This document shows, in pieces, positions 36,652 through 47,819 of a stretch of DNA of 64,000 nucleotides. The notes under the pieces were generated by a model that saw only the letters and a program-made list of their open reading frames with translations, was not told where the DNA came from and did not search any database. Location of the stretch: NCBI GenBank assembly GCA_950097015.1, contig CATNEN010000002.1:6262001-6326000 (forward strand), written 5' to 3'. The DNA comes from Macrostomum hystrix. Lineage: Eukaryota; Animalia; Platyhelminthes. A program made the translations under genes and the position numbers. Positions within the stretch are counted from its first letter, which is position 1. Each line of letters begins with the position of its first letter.

Positions 36652-39600
36652 ATGGCCAGGCCTCCGCTGCTGCTGCTGCTGCTTCTCATCCTGACTGCCG
36701 TCAGCTTTGGTAAGTATTGCACCTGTGCTCACTGCCCTCACATGCACCTGTGCTCACTGCCCTCACATGCACCTGTGCTCACTGCCCTCACATGCACCTG
36801 TGCTCACTGCCCTCACATGCACCTGTGCTCACTGCCCTCACATGCACCTGTGCTCACTGCCCTCACATGCACCTGTGCTCACTGTCCTCACATGCACCTG
36901 TGCTCACTGCCCTCACATGCACCTGTGCTCACTGCCCTCACATGCACCTGTGCTCACTGCCCTCACATGCACATGTGCTCACTGCCCTCACATGCACCTG
37001 TGCTCACTGTCCTCACATGCACCTGTGCTCACTGCCCTCACATGCACCTGTGCTCACTGCCCTCACACACACTGCTGATTGCAGACAACTGTCAGGCAAT
37101 CAACTGTTTTACCGGGAGCGGGACATCAACAACAGACAATGGGACGACTTTGGCATGTGGGTCAGCCACTGGGTGCTACTCAGTCACAACCAGTGGGGTA
37201 AGATTGAATTGTCTGCTGATTTGTTTTTTGTTTTCTGTTTTCCCTTGAAGTTACCTTTTCAAAGCGCCCGCCATCAATGACTCATCATTCCAGCTAAGAT
37301 CTGCGGGCTGCACCAGCAATGGCCAGTGCGGCATTCCAGGCCCGGACTGCTACGTGTGCAGCACGGACTTCTGCAACAGCGTGACCCCCTCCTCCATCAG
37401 CTGCTTCTACCGCTCAGGATCTTCCAGCAGCACCGACAATGGCACTGTGGTCGCCTGCCACTCCGGGGTCTCAGCCTGTTACTCCTACATGGGATCGGTG
37501 AGTTGAGCTGAGAAGCTAAACTAAATTAGCTCTTGAAAAGGTGCGCGCGTTTCTGCAGTGCAGTTCACTTTTTTAAGAACTTTTCTTTAAATGTAACGTG
37601 CCGATGGCAATAATTTAAATTCCCTTTTTTCTATGTCAATTTGAAGAATGTTTGTTTTCATTGGAAGCAAAGTCTTTGTTTGTCAGCTGATTTGATTGCT
37701 AATGCTGCTGTGTACTTCAAGCGGGTGTCGATTTTGAGCTGACAGTCAATGACTTGCTGAACTCGCTCCTCGGGACCTCACTGAAGGATTGATTGAACAG
37801 CTGGGAGCGGCTGGCGAAGCGGAGGTGGTGGGTGAGGAATGAGCCCAGCGCTCAAGGTGAAGAATGGGATGTGGGAATTTTGGTATTTACAGCGCTTTTA
37901 AAATCAAGACTACAATCAGGACTGCAGTCTTAGTTTTATCTTTTTACAAGGTTAGTTGTCTGTGCCATTGGCAGCACTGGCCTTCAAAATAGAACTTTCT
38001 TGACAGTAGATCGACCTGTGCCTTTTGTAGGTATCATCTGGCGGCGGCAGCTATGCCGGCTGTGGCAACATCAGCACCAATGGCAATTTTCAGCTGTTCA
38101 CCTGCAACTCCAGCCTGTGCAACTCCCGAACACCGTCAGCCATCAGCTGCTATGCGGCATCAAGATCTCCTGGTTCCACCGACAACGGATCTGCGGTGCC
38201 CTGTCCTACTGGAATAAAGACATGCCATGTCTATGACTACAACGCCATTTATTCGGTAATTCTCCCACCTGGGTGATTTAATTCTACAACATGGCTTCTA
38301 GCATTTAGAATAAGAAAAAAGTAAGCAAGACACCACATAAGCCTGGAAGTGGCAAGAAGAATGAGCATGGCAGAGGCAAGAAGAATGAGCATGGCAGAGG
38401 CAAGAAGAATGAGCATGGCAGAGGCAAGAAGAATGAGCATGGCAGAGGCAAGAAGAATGAGCATGGCAGAGGCAAGAAGAATGAGCATGGCAGAGGCAAG
38501 AAGAATGAGCATGGCAGAGGCAAGAAGAATGAGCATGGCAGAGGCAAGAAGAATGAGCATGGCAGAGGCAAGAAGAATGAGCATGGCAGAGGCAAGAAGA
38601 ATGAGAATGGCAGAGGCAAGAAGATTGAGCATGGGAAATGAGAAAAACCAAAATGCAAGCAAATGAGCCTTCGATTGCCCCACCCTGTACTTCAGTATAG
38701 CTCCAGCTGGTATGCTGGCTGCGGCTCCTGCAACTCCACCGAGAATCCAACATGCGTGACCTGCAGCTCTGACCTGTGCAACTCAGCGACTCCTTCAGCC
38801 ATCAGCTGCTATAAAAGAAGACTAATATTTGGGAGTGCGATCAGCAATGGACAGCCCGAACCTTGTCAGCCAGGAATTAGTACCTGCTATTCGTTTATTG
38901 CCTACTATATGGTAAGTTCCGATTTTGAATGAGCTTTTCTGCCTACACATTCCACATGTAGTGCAAAAACTACTGCATAATACTACTCAATATTAGCTCA
39001 TTTTCATTGTCAATATATGGACAATTTCAGGGTCAGAATAACTATGGCGGCTGCGGCGCCTGCAGCCCAGACACGATTCCGTCATGTCAGACATGCACCA
39101 GTGACTACTGCAACACCATGGATACAGGAACTCTCACCTGCGCTATAATTGGAAGCAATAACTATAACTCTGTCTCCTGTGCCACAGGAATAAACAGCTG
39201 CTACTCACTCACCAAGCCCATTGTGAGTAGAGCTTTTACCTGTGAATGTCAGCCAGTGTGCTCCGCTGTGATCTGCTCTGACATTTGCCTCTGCAAACAC
39301 CAATTATTCCAGAGACGGATACCTAATGGTTTTGTCGACAACCTCCTCGGTGGCTGCGGTGTCTGTACGGCGACAACAAGCGCCCTCTACGGCTGCACAA
39401 TGTGCAACACCAGCAACTGCAACTCCGGGGCCCCAGCAACAACTGGCAGCGCAGCCAATTCGAGCGGAAACCCAGCAGCAGGTGGCTTCAGCTGCTACAA
39501 TGGCTTCGGTGAGACTGGCGTCAGCAGCCCACAGACTGTCAGCTGTCCGTCATCGAGCACCTGCTTCGACTACATCATTAGCTACGGAGTGAAGAATGTG

Positions 39601-40341
39601 AGGCTGAAAAAATTTTTTGTTTAAAAAAATGAAGCTTTCGAGGGCTATTAAACGATCATTTTGAACTCACCTGCAGTTCTACTTCTCCGCCTGCTCAATC
39701 ACATCAGCTCCATCCTCTCACCTGCAGTTCTACTTCTCAGCCTGCTCAATCACATCAGCTCCATCCTCTCACCTGCAGTTCTACTTCTCAGCCTGCTCAA
39801 TCACATCAGCTCCATCCTCTCACCTGCAGTTCTACTTCTCAGCCTGCTCAATCACATCAGCTCCATCCTCTCACCTGCAGTTCTACTTCTCAGGCTGTGG
39901 CAGCTGTCCCTTCAGCAGCGGCAACAACTGTCGCACCTGCAGCTCGAGCTTGTGCAACTCACCTCGGAGAAAGTCCGGCACGAGATGCTACTTCAGCTTC
40001 GGTGACAGTGCGCAGAGCAAATCCGTGGTCGACTGTCCGTCATCCAGCAGCTGCTTCAGCTACACCTACAATTACGGACTGGCCAAGGTGAGTTCTTGTG
40101 CTCAGCCTCATTCTGCTGTGAGTTCACATGAGTTTGAGTATTGCTGGCGATCTGCGAACCCGCGCATTTTCAGTTCTTCTTTGCCGGCTGCGGCAACTGC
40201 ACTTTCGACAGCGGCACGACGAACTGCCGCACCTGCTTCACCGACCTCTGCAACTCGGGCTCCGCACTGGGCTGCTCCGCTGCTGCTGCTGCTGCTGCCG
40301 CTGCTGTGGTCTTTGGACTGAACTTCATGAAGCTCTTCTGA
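36652..40341 (+). CDS. Gene A3: paralog of A1, ~555 aa, 9 exons, shorter hinge
   Basis: join(36652-36709,37085-37197,37294-37497,38031-38255,38696-38911,39031-39222,39313-39597,39881-40087,40174-40341). Open frame of 1668 nt; the hinge lacks the TNSPSTGT segment. Confidence 0.85.
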
Positions 40342-41692
40342 AGCTTCATTTTCTGAGAAACTGTGAATTACGAGCTCGTATCACGTGACTTTTTGCCTCA
40401 GTTTGACTGCCCAACTCGCTTCTGCTTTCGGTTCACTTCTGAGCCACTGACAGGTCGCACTTTCAGGATTGCTGTCTGCCAGGTGGGAGTGTCTGATGAC
40501 ACAATTTTATTTGAAACTGAATTATTCAAGGTTTCACGTTGCTGATTCGTTCCTCCTACAAATTTTTTTTCTTGCTTTTCACATCACATGAATATTCAAT
40601 ACGTTTTCAACCCAGTATTTATTAATCCAGTTGAATCCAGCTCAAATCACATGTCGGCTCTGAACAATGTCCAACACGAATAATCAGAATTATGCTTTTT
40701 ATGTTAAGGTGACGTGAGGTGAATTTCCACTACCAAAATTTTGTTTTTCAACTTCTTAAAGTCGAAATACCGCCCAAAATACACTGAAGTCAAAGTTAAT
40801 TCATATCTAATCCATCATTTAAAGATTCAAAGCCAGTTCCCAAAAATTTAATAGTTTTCTGTTTGAGTGTAGCGAGTGAATTACTCACGAAACAATTGGC
40901 TTTTTGTGCGTATAATTAGCAGAGACTGTGTCCCGGAAATATTTTTAGGTGTATTTTAGAGTATAATAAAATATTAGTTAAAATTTCACTAAACACCACA
41001 CTCCCAGGCACGAAGGCAGACAGAGACAGCAGATGCGACACAGCAGAGAGCGAACGAGGGAAGGGCACCGTCTATGGCCCACATACGATATATTTGCAAA
41101 TAAATTATTTCAAAGGAAGTATTCAAAATGCACACAAAAAGGCAAAAGCAAGAAAGAAAAAAGGAAGCAAGGAAAAAGAAAAAAATTTCACACCACGCAG
41201 CGCGAAGAGACAAGGCTGGGCAGCACGGGGGTGCCGGCTGAAATACAACCCAGCTAAAAGCGGAGGGGTGGGTGCCTGGGGTGGGTGCCTGGGGTGGGTG
41301 TTTACACCCAATCAGCGAGCGCCGATTGGACACTAAACACCACACTCCCAGGCACGAAGGCAGACAGAGACAGCAGATGCGACACAGCAGAGAGCGAACG
41401 AGGGAAGGGCACCGTCTATGGCCCAAACCCAAAAAAAAAAGGAAGAGGAAGGGGGGAGGCACGCAACATAAAATGCAAAATAGGGTGACGCCGGTACGCA
41501 CTTAAAACAGAGCTAAAACATAAAACACAAAATGGTTGAAGGCGTAAAGAAGTTACAAGCGAGACCAGCGAGCGCAGCACAACAACTAAACGTGAAGCAA
41601 AAAAATACAGAAGACAGAAGCCGCCGGCACTTGGTCCACAGCGAGTACAAAAGAAAGAGGTCACAAAGAATGCTTGAGCGACAGATCAAGGG

Positions 41693-42730
41693 TCAAACGC
41701 ACGCTGATAGTTTTTGAGCAGCAGCCAGTTGCAGGTCGAGGCCCGACTCCAACCCAAGGTACGCCTCCACCGCCGAACTCCGCCAGTCTCCCAGCGCCTT
41801 GACGACGGGCAGCGGGATGCCTTCCCGAAAGGCTAGGGAGGCACCACCGCGACGGAGGCTGTGCGGTGAGAGCGATAGTCCTCCCAGGCCGGCGAGGTTG
41901 ACTGCGCGGCGAAACAGGCGGCAGAACCGGGTGGCGGTCATTGGCACGAGACCACCGCAATGGCGGAAGGCGAAGAGATGGGCTGAAGCAGGGACGGGCT
42001 GGTTGGCGTGCAGGTGGTGTCGCAGCGCTGCCACCGGACAGAGCGGGTGCTGCGCCTCGCGTCGAAGGCGTGGCAGGACCACGCGGTGCACTCGCTCACG
42101 GAACTGATTGGTCTTGGACTTGCGGACATGCAGGATTGCCAGGTCCGAGCCCAGCCGTAGGTCTTCAACGATGATGGCCTCTCCCGGTGGCGGCATTGGG
42201 GTCGGGCAGCACAGGTTTGCGCGGCGCAGCAGGCCCCAGAATCCGACCAGGACAGCCGCCCAGAAGGCTGCGTCCTCCGGAATATGCAGCTGCAGTACTC
42301 CCCGCATTTTGAGCAGGTGGTTTGGCTTGATTGGAGCCTTGCGCGCGGGTGGCCTGGCCAGCTTGCGTCGCACGCCGCGGAGGAGCAGGTCGATGCGAGG
42401 GTCGCTTGGGAGGCCGCGGCCAGTCTGCAGCTTGCAGTACAGGTCGGCGGCGTTAAGGTATGCGCCAATGCTGGCATGCGATGTGAGGCGGTCGGCCAGC
42501 ACGATGACGTAGTGCGCGACCTGCTGTGCTGACGGTCTGGTGCTGTCAATGCGCGTTCGCTTACAGAAGCGTTGCCAGGAGGCAATCTGGCAGCGGTAGG
42601 AGCGCGCTGTCGTGCCTGCGAAGGCCAGGCTGCAGAGCTCGTGGTAGCGGCGGCTGAGGTGCGAACCCGGGACCGTAGGCGAGCGATCTGCAAAGAAAGG
42701 AATTGGCGGGCGGCGGACGAAAGGGTGTGC
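41693..42730 (-). CDS. Ngaro ORF3: tyrosine recombinase (stop-to-stop frame; longer than the ORF-track call)
   Basis: Catalytic pattern FWGLLRRANL (R), KSKTNQ (K), HSLRRGG (H..R), GDWRS.AVEAY (W,Y). The frame stays open upstream of 42502 through HELCSLAFAGTTARSYRCQIASWQRFC (core-binding domain) to a TGA at 42733-42731. Confidence 0.88.
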   Translation of the reverse strand, partial: AHPFVRRPPIPFFADRSPTVPGSHLSRRYHELCSLAFAGTTARSYRCQIASWQRFCKRTRIDSTRPSAQQVAHYVIVLADRLTSHASIGAYLNAADLYCKLQTGRGLPSDPRIDLLLRGVRRKLARPPARKAPIKPNHLLKMRGVLQLHIPEDAAFWAAVLVGFWGLLRRANLCCPTPMPPPGEAIIVEDLRLGSDLAILHVRKSKTNQFRERVHRVVLPRLRREAQHPLCPVAALRHHLHANQPVPASAHLFAFRHCGGLVPMTATRFCRLFRRAVNLAGLGGLSLSPHSLRRGGASLAFREGIPLPVVKALGDWRSSAVEAYLGLESGLDLQLAAAQKLSACV

Positions 42731-44523
42731 TCATGAAGGTTGTCAGTTTCAATGTCCACTGTGCCGTAGAGCCGGAGCAGAAAATTTGCCAGCTCGCTGG
42801 TGTCATCTGCGCGACTGCCGCTGTCCGCAAAGATCTGGAACGTCCCAGGCACGTGGAAGGCTTGGATAACGAGATCGCGGTGAGCGGCGAGAAGCGCGAG
42901 CTGCTGCAGGGCTGTGTTGACAATCGGGTTCGGCGAGGAGCCCTTGTTGATGGCGCCGACAGCGGCCGTGCTGTCCGAGTAGATCACCAGGTTGCTTCCT
43001 GGTTGCAGCTTTTGTTGAAAGTGCAGAGCCGTGAACACGGGCGCGAGGCTCTCCTTAAAATTGATGTGCAGAGTTTCGAGCTCCGGACTATCGCGTTGCC
43101 AGTCGATGATGAGCCAGTTAGTGACGCCTGGGCCGCGGATGATGCCGCAGCCTCCCCAATTGGATGCGTCCGACTCGATTGCCCAGGCTGGCCCGGCGGT
43201 CCTCCAGATGCGGCAGCTGGGGGTCTTGGCCAGGCAGGCCACCCACCAGAGGATGGTCTCGCGGAGATCGTTGTGCATGCGCAGTTTGTGGCAGTGCTGC
43301 TTTAACTTATTGAGTTCCAGCAGGAGCGGCCTCAGGAAACACCTCCCGATATGGACGACCTGGCAAACCCAGTTGATGCGGCCACAGAGAGATTGGAGCT
43401 GGCGCTTGGTGATGCGCTTGTGCGAGAGTGCGGATTGCAGCTGCGCTTTCGTGACCTCGAGCTTGTCCTTTGGGAGCTCTAGCAGGCCGCTGTTGGTGTC
43501 AATCATGACGCCCAGGTACACCAGCCTAGTGCACGGCAGAGCTACTTTGCTCCAGTTGATGGAGAAGCCTAGACGCCGCAGCAGATGAAGTAGAGTGTCC
43601 AGAGCTTGCTGGCAGGCGATCTCAGTTTCTGCCGCCACGGCAAAGTCATCGAGGTAACTCCCGATATTGCTGAAGCCGCGTCGCTGCATCATGCGCTTGA
43701 TGGACTGGCTGAGGCGGTGGAAGACTTCCACTGAAGCTGCCGCGCCGAATGGCAGGCGCGTGTCGCACAGGTACGTCGGGCTCGGTTGATCGCTGAACTT
43801 CCACTGTAGACCAGTGTAGCGGAAGTCGTGGGGACTGATTCCGACACTGCGGTAAGCATTGGCCAAGTCGACCTTCGCCATGAACCAACCTGGCTGCAGC
43901 TTGGCAGTGAACTGGCTGACGGTCTCAAACTTGATCTGGTAGTCAGAGGAGAAACGGCTGTTCAGCGAGAGGTCCGGAGGTTGCGAGCAGTCGTGGATCA
44001 GCCGGATCTTGTTGTTTCCTTTCGGGATGGCACCAAGGGCGCTGATGACGTCCGGCTTGTTGCTAACTTTCACGTAACGGCCGTTGGCCACTTCTTCCCG
44101 CACCTGCTGCTCGACCAGTAGCCGATTACTGTCAGCGGAGAAGTAGTTCTGAGAGAAAGTGCTATTAGGCTGATTGTCAGGGGCGCTGGGGCAGGTGAGG
44201 CGGAAGCCGTTGCGGACACCGTTCAGCAGGAAGTCACGATCGGGATCGCCGAGCAGCTCGGCATCCCAGGCGGCGGTGATAAGGTCAGAAGAGAAGGCAA
44301 CGGACTCGATGGGCTTAGCTTGAGGCCGGCCAGGGGGGAGCGGGTGATCGACATTGTCAGAATCGGCCGGTGCAGCTGGGCCGTCGGTCAAGTCCCCCGG
44401 CCGGCCGCAATCTAGTTTTTTGACGTGCAGAGCTGGCGCGGGTGCGCCGCGTAGCAGGCAGAGCACGCGTGTCTGAACTTGCAGTCGCGTCTGTGGCAGC
44501 TGTTTCGGTTGAATTTGACGCAC
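41938..44523 (-). CDS. Ngaro ORF2: reverse transcriptase + RNase H
   Basis: Motifs IRLIHD, KVDLANAY, RLPFG, YLDDF, YLG; RNase H SDASNWG, HINFKE, SDSTAAV, HVPG..ADSGSR. It overlaps gag at its 5' end without an early ATG and overlaps the YR ORF at its 3' end. Confidence 0.9.
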   Translation of the reverse strand: MRQIQPKQLPQTRLQVQTRVLCLLRGAPAPALHVKKLDCGRPGDLTDGPAAPADSDNVDHPLPPGRPQAKPIESVAFSSDLITAAWDAELLGDPDRDFLLNGVRNGFRLTCPSAPDNQPNSTFSQNYFSADSNRLLVEQQVREEVANGRYVKVSNKPDVISALGAIPKGNNKIRLIHDCSQPPDLSLNSRFSSDYQIKFETVSQFTAKLQPGWFMAKVDLANAYRSVGISPHDFRYTGLQWKFSDQPSPTYLCDTRLPFGAAASVEVFHRLSQSIKRMMQRRGFSNIGSYLDDFAVAAETEIACQQALDTLLHLLRRLGFSINWSKVALPCTRLVYLGVMIDTNSGLLELPKDKLEVTKAQLQSALSHKRITKRQLQSLCGRINWVCQVVHIGRCFLRPLLLELNKLKQHCHKLRMHNDLRETILWWVACLAKTPSCRIWRTAGPAWAIESDASNWGGCGIIRGPGVTNWLIIDWQRDSPELETLHINFKESLAPVFTALHFQQKLQPGSNLVIYSDSTAAVGAINKGSSPNPIVNTALQQLALLAAHRDLVIQAFHVPGTFQIFADSGSRADDTSELANFLLRLYGTVDIETDNLHEHTLSSAARQFLSLQIARLRSRVRTSAAATTSSAAWPSQARQRAPTAARLPPGNASVSERALTAPDRQHSRSRTTSSCWPTASHRMPALAHTLTPPTCTASCRLAAASQATLASTCSSAACDASWPGHPRARLQSSQTTCSKCGEYCSCIFRRTQPSGRLSWSDSGACCAAQTCAARPQCRHRERPSSLKTYGWARTWQSCMSASPRPISSVSECTAWSCHAFDARRSTRSVRWQRCDTTCTPTSPSLLQPISSPSAIAVVSCQ

Positions 44524-45488
44524 AGCTCCCGACCTTCAGCGTCGGTTGGGCCGACCAAGCCGCTTGTCTGGTTTCTCATTTTGCTGAACTTGAAGCCAGG
44601 CCGCGAATAGGTCGAACTGCCAGCAGGATTGGGTTTAGGTGCCAGAATGTGCTTGGACAGCAGCTGCAACGACTCCCGCTCCCAGCTGCCGCTGGTCTGG
44701 TGCTGCAGGATCCTGAAGTCTTCGTCGTAGTCGTTGAGGGCGGCCTGGCTGAAGCCCTGATGCATGAACTCGCCGAACTGTACGCAGTACCGCACATAGG
44801 CTTTCAGCTCACTCAAATCCATGGTGCCGTTTCTCATTGTGACTAGGGCACCGTCGTCAAGCAGTCTCAGCAGGATGCGGCCGCTGCCTGCAACCCACTG
44901 ACCGGCCGTGATGTTCTCAGTTCGGGCTCTAGTCTTCGCTAATTGGGGCGCAGGCTCCTCGAAGTCACGATCGATGAAGTCTCTCACCAGCAGAGGCCTC
45001 GAGGTGGCAGCTGGCTTAGTGTAGCTGCCGGGGAGTTCCCAGTCTGGCACTGGCAGATGCTGCTCCGGCTCGTGGGCACTGAGGGTTTGGTTAAGCAGCA
45101 TCGGGCTAGTCGACTTACCACTCTGTCTGCGCTGGCCGTCCTTTCCAAGCTCGGCTTCAATCTCCGCTGTTTGGCGCTGAAGCGTTCTCAGGCGGAGCAG
45201 CTTCTCTTGTCTGGCGATCCTCTGGTCCAGGTCGTCGCCGCCTCCCAGATCACTCGCCTGGTCCGGGTTCGCCTCGCCGTCCTCTTCGCTGCAGGTGCTG
45301 CCGTCGTCCTCGACTTGGGCCGAAGCGGTTGACCTTTGCTGCACGCGGCGTGTGGTTCGGCTGACTAAACTGGATTGTTCCAGTCTGACTTGCAGTTCAC
45401 GCTTGCGACCGCTGCTAGGCAGGCCAAGTTGAATCAGGCGGTCTCTTAACTGGCGAGCCGTAAGCCGGTCAATTGGAAGCTCAGCCAT
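44412..45488 (-). CDS. Ngaro gag-like ORF1 with N-terminal SAP-like motif and C-terminal Cys/His finger
   Basis: ATG at 45488 (MAELPIDRLTARQLRDRLIQLGLPSSGRKRELQVRLE). C-terminal CVKFNRNSCHRRDCKFRHACSAC..AHPRQLC. Confidence 0.8.
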   Translation of the reverse strand: MAELPIDRLTARQLRDRLIQLGLPSSGRKRELQVRLEQSSLVSRTTRRVQQRSTASAQVEDDGSTCSEEDGEANPDQASDLGGGDDLDQRIARQEKLLRLRTLQRQTAEIEAELGKDGQRRQSGKSTSPMLLNQTLSAHEPEQHLPVPDWELPGSYTKPAATSRPLLVRDFIDRDFEEPAPQLAKTRARTENITAGQWVAGSGRILLRLLDDGALVTMRNGTMDLSELKAYVRYCVQFGEFMHQGFSQAALNDYDEDFRILQHQTSGSWERESLQLLSKHILAPKPNPAGSSTYSRPGFKFSKMRNQTSGLVGPTDAEGRELCVKFNRNSCHRRDCKFRHACSACYAAHPRQLCTSKN

Positions 45489-47819
45489 TGCAGTAGAAAA
45501 AATTTCACACCACGCAGCGCGAAGAGACAAGGCTGGGCAGCACGGGGGTGCCGGCTGAAATACAACCCAGCTAAAAGCGGAGGGGTGGGTGCCTGGGGTG
45601 GGTGCCTGGGGTGGGTGTTTACACCCAATCAGCGAGCGCCGATTGGACACAACACACTACTCATAACAGTTCATAGTAGGATACTCTGTGCGTAAAAACA
45701 ATAGTACGTAGTGCAACAGGAAACAAGTCATTACCATTTAATCTGCCAACTACACAGTAACGAGTACAAAATGGACACATCACACATTAGTCACGTTAAA
45801 ATTAATTTACTTACCATTCGAAAGAAACCTTGAAATTTAAACAGCCTACTGCCGAACTCGTTAAATGCTGAATACTTTGACAGGCGGTACCCTGAAAAAT
45901 TCCTGACATTTTTCAATAAATCTGGGGCACTGAGGTACTCCACTGCTGCTGCTGCTGCTGCTACTGTGGTCTTTGGGCTGAACCTCATGAAGCTGTTCTG
46001 AAGCTCCAATTTATGTTTAACTGTGAGCTCACTGGGTACGTGTCTTCTTGGCTGCTCACAGGTCTCACCTTCATGATTGCTCTCAACCCAGTTGCGTGTG
46101 TCTGACGTCACACTTGAAATTAAACTGAATAGTTTAAAATTTTTCGTTCCTTACTTTGATGTACCAAGTAATTTTACATCGATAGAATATTATTGCTGCA
46201 TCCAATCCAGTAATTATTTTTTTGCTGTTAAATCCTGTTCCTGTTCCAATGACATGAACGCATCAAACAACTCTGATGCAGCGTAGCGAGTGTCTATGGC
46301 CATTATTTTAGCCTTGCGAATGGGGGTGGATGGGTGTTCTCTGGGTAGCTTGTGCCATAGACTAAGATAATTGAGGTCAAAACTCAAGAAGAAGAAGTGG
46401 GCAAGAAAAAGAAGCGAGAAAGTGATCGCAGAAGAGCTGCAGAACACTTGAAGAGTTTGAAAGGAGATCATGGCGCCTATTAACTGGTCTTATTTGCCTG
46501 TGGATTCCCTGGACGGAGTTACGATTAGTGAATTACGAGTATCGTATCGTTACTTACGGAGCTGAGTAACAAGGCGCATCAGGACGATGCTGAACTTCAG
46601 GAATTCATCAACTTTTTGACCAACCAGAGTGGACCTTGGAGAGCTTTCTGACCTACCGGTCGATGAAGTGACTCTTAATCTGGACGCCGCTGAGCTGGAA
46701 TCCTTGCCCAAGACCACACTGGAGCAGATGAAGCACCAAGGTGAAGGCTTTAAGGCTTTTTTAAGGGAACAAACGTTCGAGGACTGTGCAACCATGGAGC
46801 CATGGAAGTTGAACGAATACTTTGGCAGCACTACATTAAAACAATTAAGTCCCTGGAATGCTCAGAGAATTTTTAAACTACATTTTCGAAAAATAAAATG
46901 TTTTTCCTAAAGAGTCTGCTGTGCTATTTGAGTGGGACAATTGCGATCAATTTAAAATTCTCTCTAACTAAAATACACACTTTTGTTTCAGAACAGTTAA
47001 TAACAATATAAGTTGGAAAATAGAACATATTAACATAATTTGCAGATCCGCCAATATAACGACTCACATTTATTCAAGTTGATCGCAACATAACCTGTGC
47101 AAAATCGAAGTATGCAATATTTGAGCATGCTTCGCTGGTGTTCGTGCCTGTGCGTGCGTCTGTCTGTGTGAGTACAGCTGAGTCTGTCTGTGAGCAGGGT
47201 GTTTCGGTGAGCAGGGTGTGTCGGTGAGCAGGGTGTGTCGGTGAGCAGGGTGTGTCGGTGAGCAGGGTGTGTCGGTGAGCAGGGTGTGTCGGTGAGCAGG
47301 GTGTGTCGGTGATCATGAAGTCCTGAGAGCAGATAATCACCGAGCTGTCCCTGTACTCAGCAATGTCACTGTACTCAGCGGTTGAAGTTATTCACAATAT
47401 ATGCTAAAATAATTATCATTTGTTATTATTTGTCGCTATTGTAATTATTCTGATATTTACTGATATATTCAGGAAATGTTTTTATTTGCGCACGCACGAA
47501 AATCGGTTAGGTGATTTAGCTGACCGATCATTGCACGATTTTTGCACCCCTAATCTACCCGCTACGGTCACTTGATTCACTGCCGGCGACTCTGAGGAGC
47601 TGTCTATGGCCCATAGTGGTAGAGAGTGGCGGACAGTTCGTACAGAGATTGGCACAGGGAAAACAGGCCAAGTGATTCGTTTCTGGCCTATTTTGTTTGC
47701 TTGTTTCCTGTTCTGTTTTACTCTTTTCATGGATGGCTGAGGCAATCGAACCCCAGAGAAGAGAGCTGCAGTTGTCTTGGACTGTAAAGCGAATCCGATT
47801 CCAGCCTTTCTTTGTTCTT

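Larger units (their letters stand above)
40990..45647 (-). mobile_element. Ngaro/DIRS-type tyrosine-recombinase retrotransposon with split direct repeats
   Basis: In element sense: A1 (45647-45495), gag, RT/RH, YR, B1 (41425-41334), A2 (41330-41179), spacer, B2 (41081-40990). There is no TSD. The shared CAC core is at 40987-40989, 41331-41333 and 45648-45650. The empty site aatttcac|aacacactac is present in U1 (~10581-10600) and U2 (~22911-22930). Confidence 0.93.

Noticed and set aside
42108-44121. Plus-strand ORFs antisense to the Ngaro pol/YR, and minus-strand ORFs antisense to the LINE
   Set aside because: Shadow ORFs typical of GC-rich coding sequence, with no recognisable motifs.
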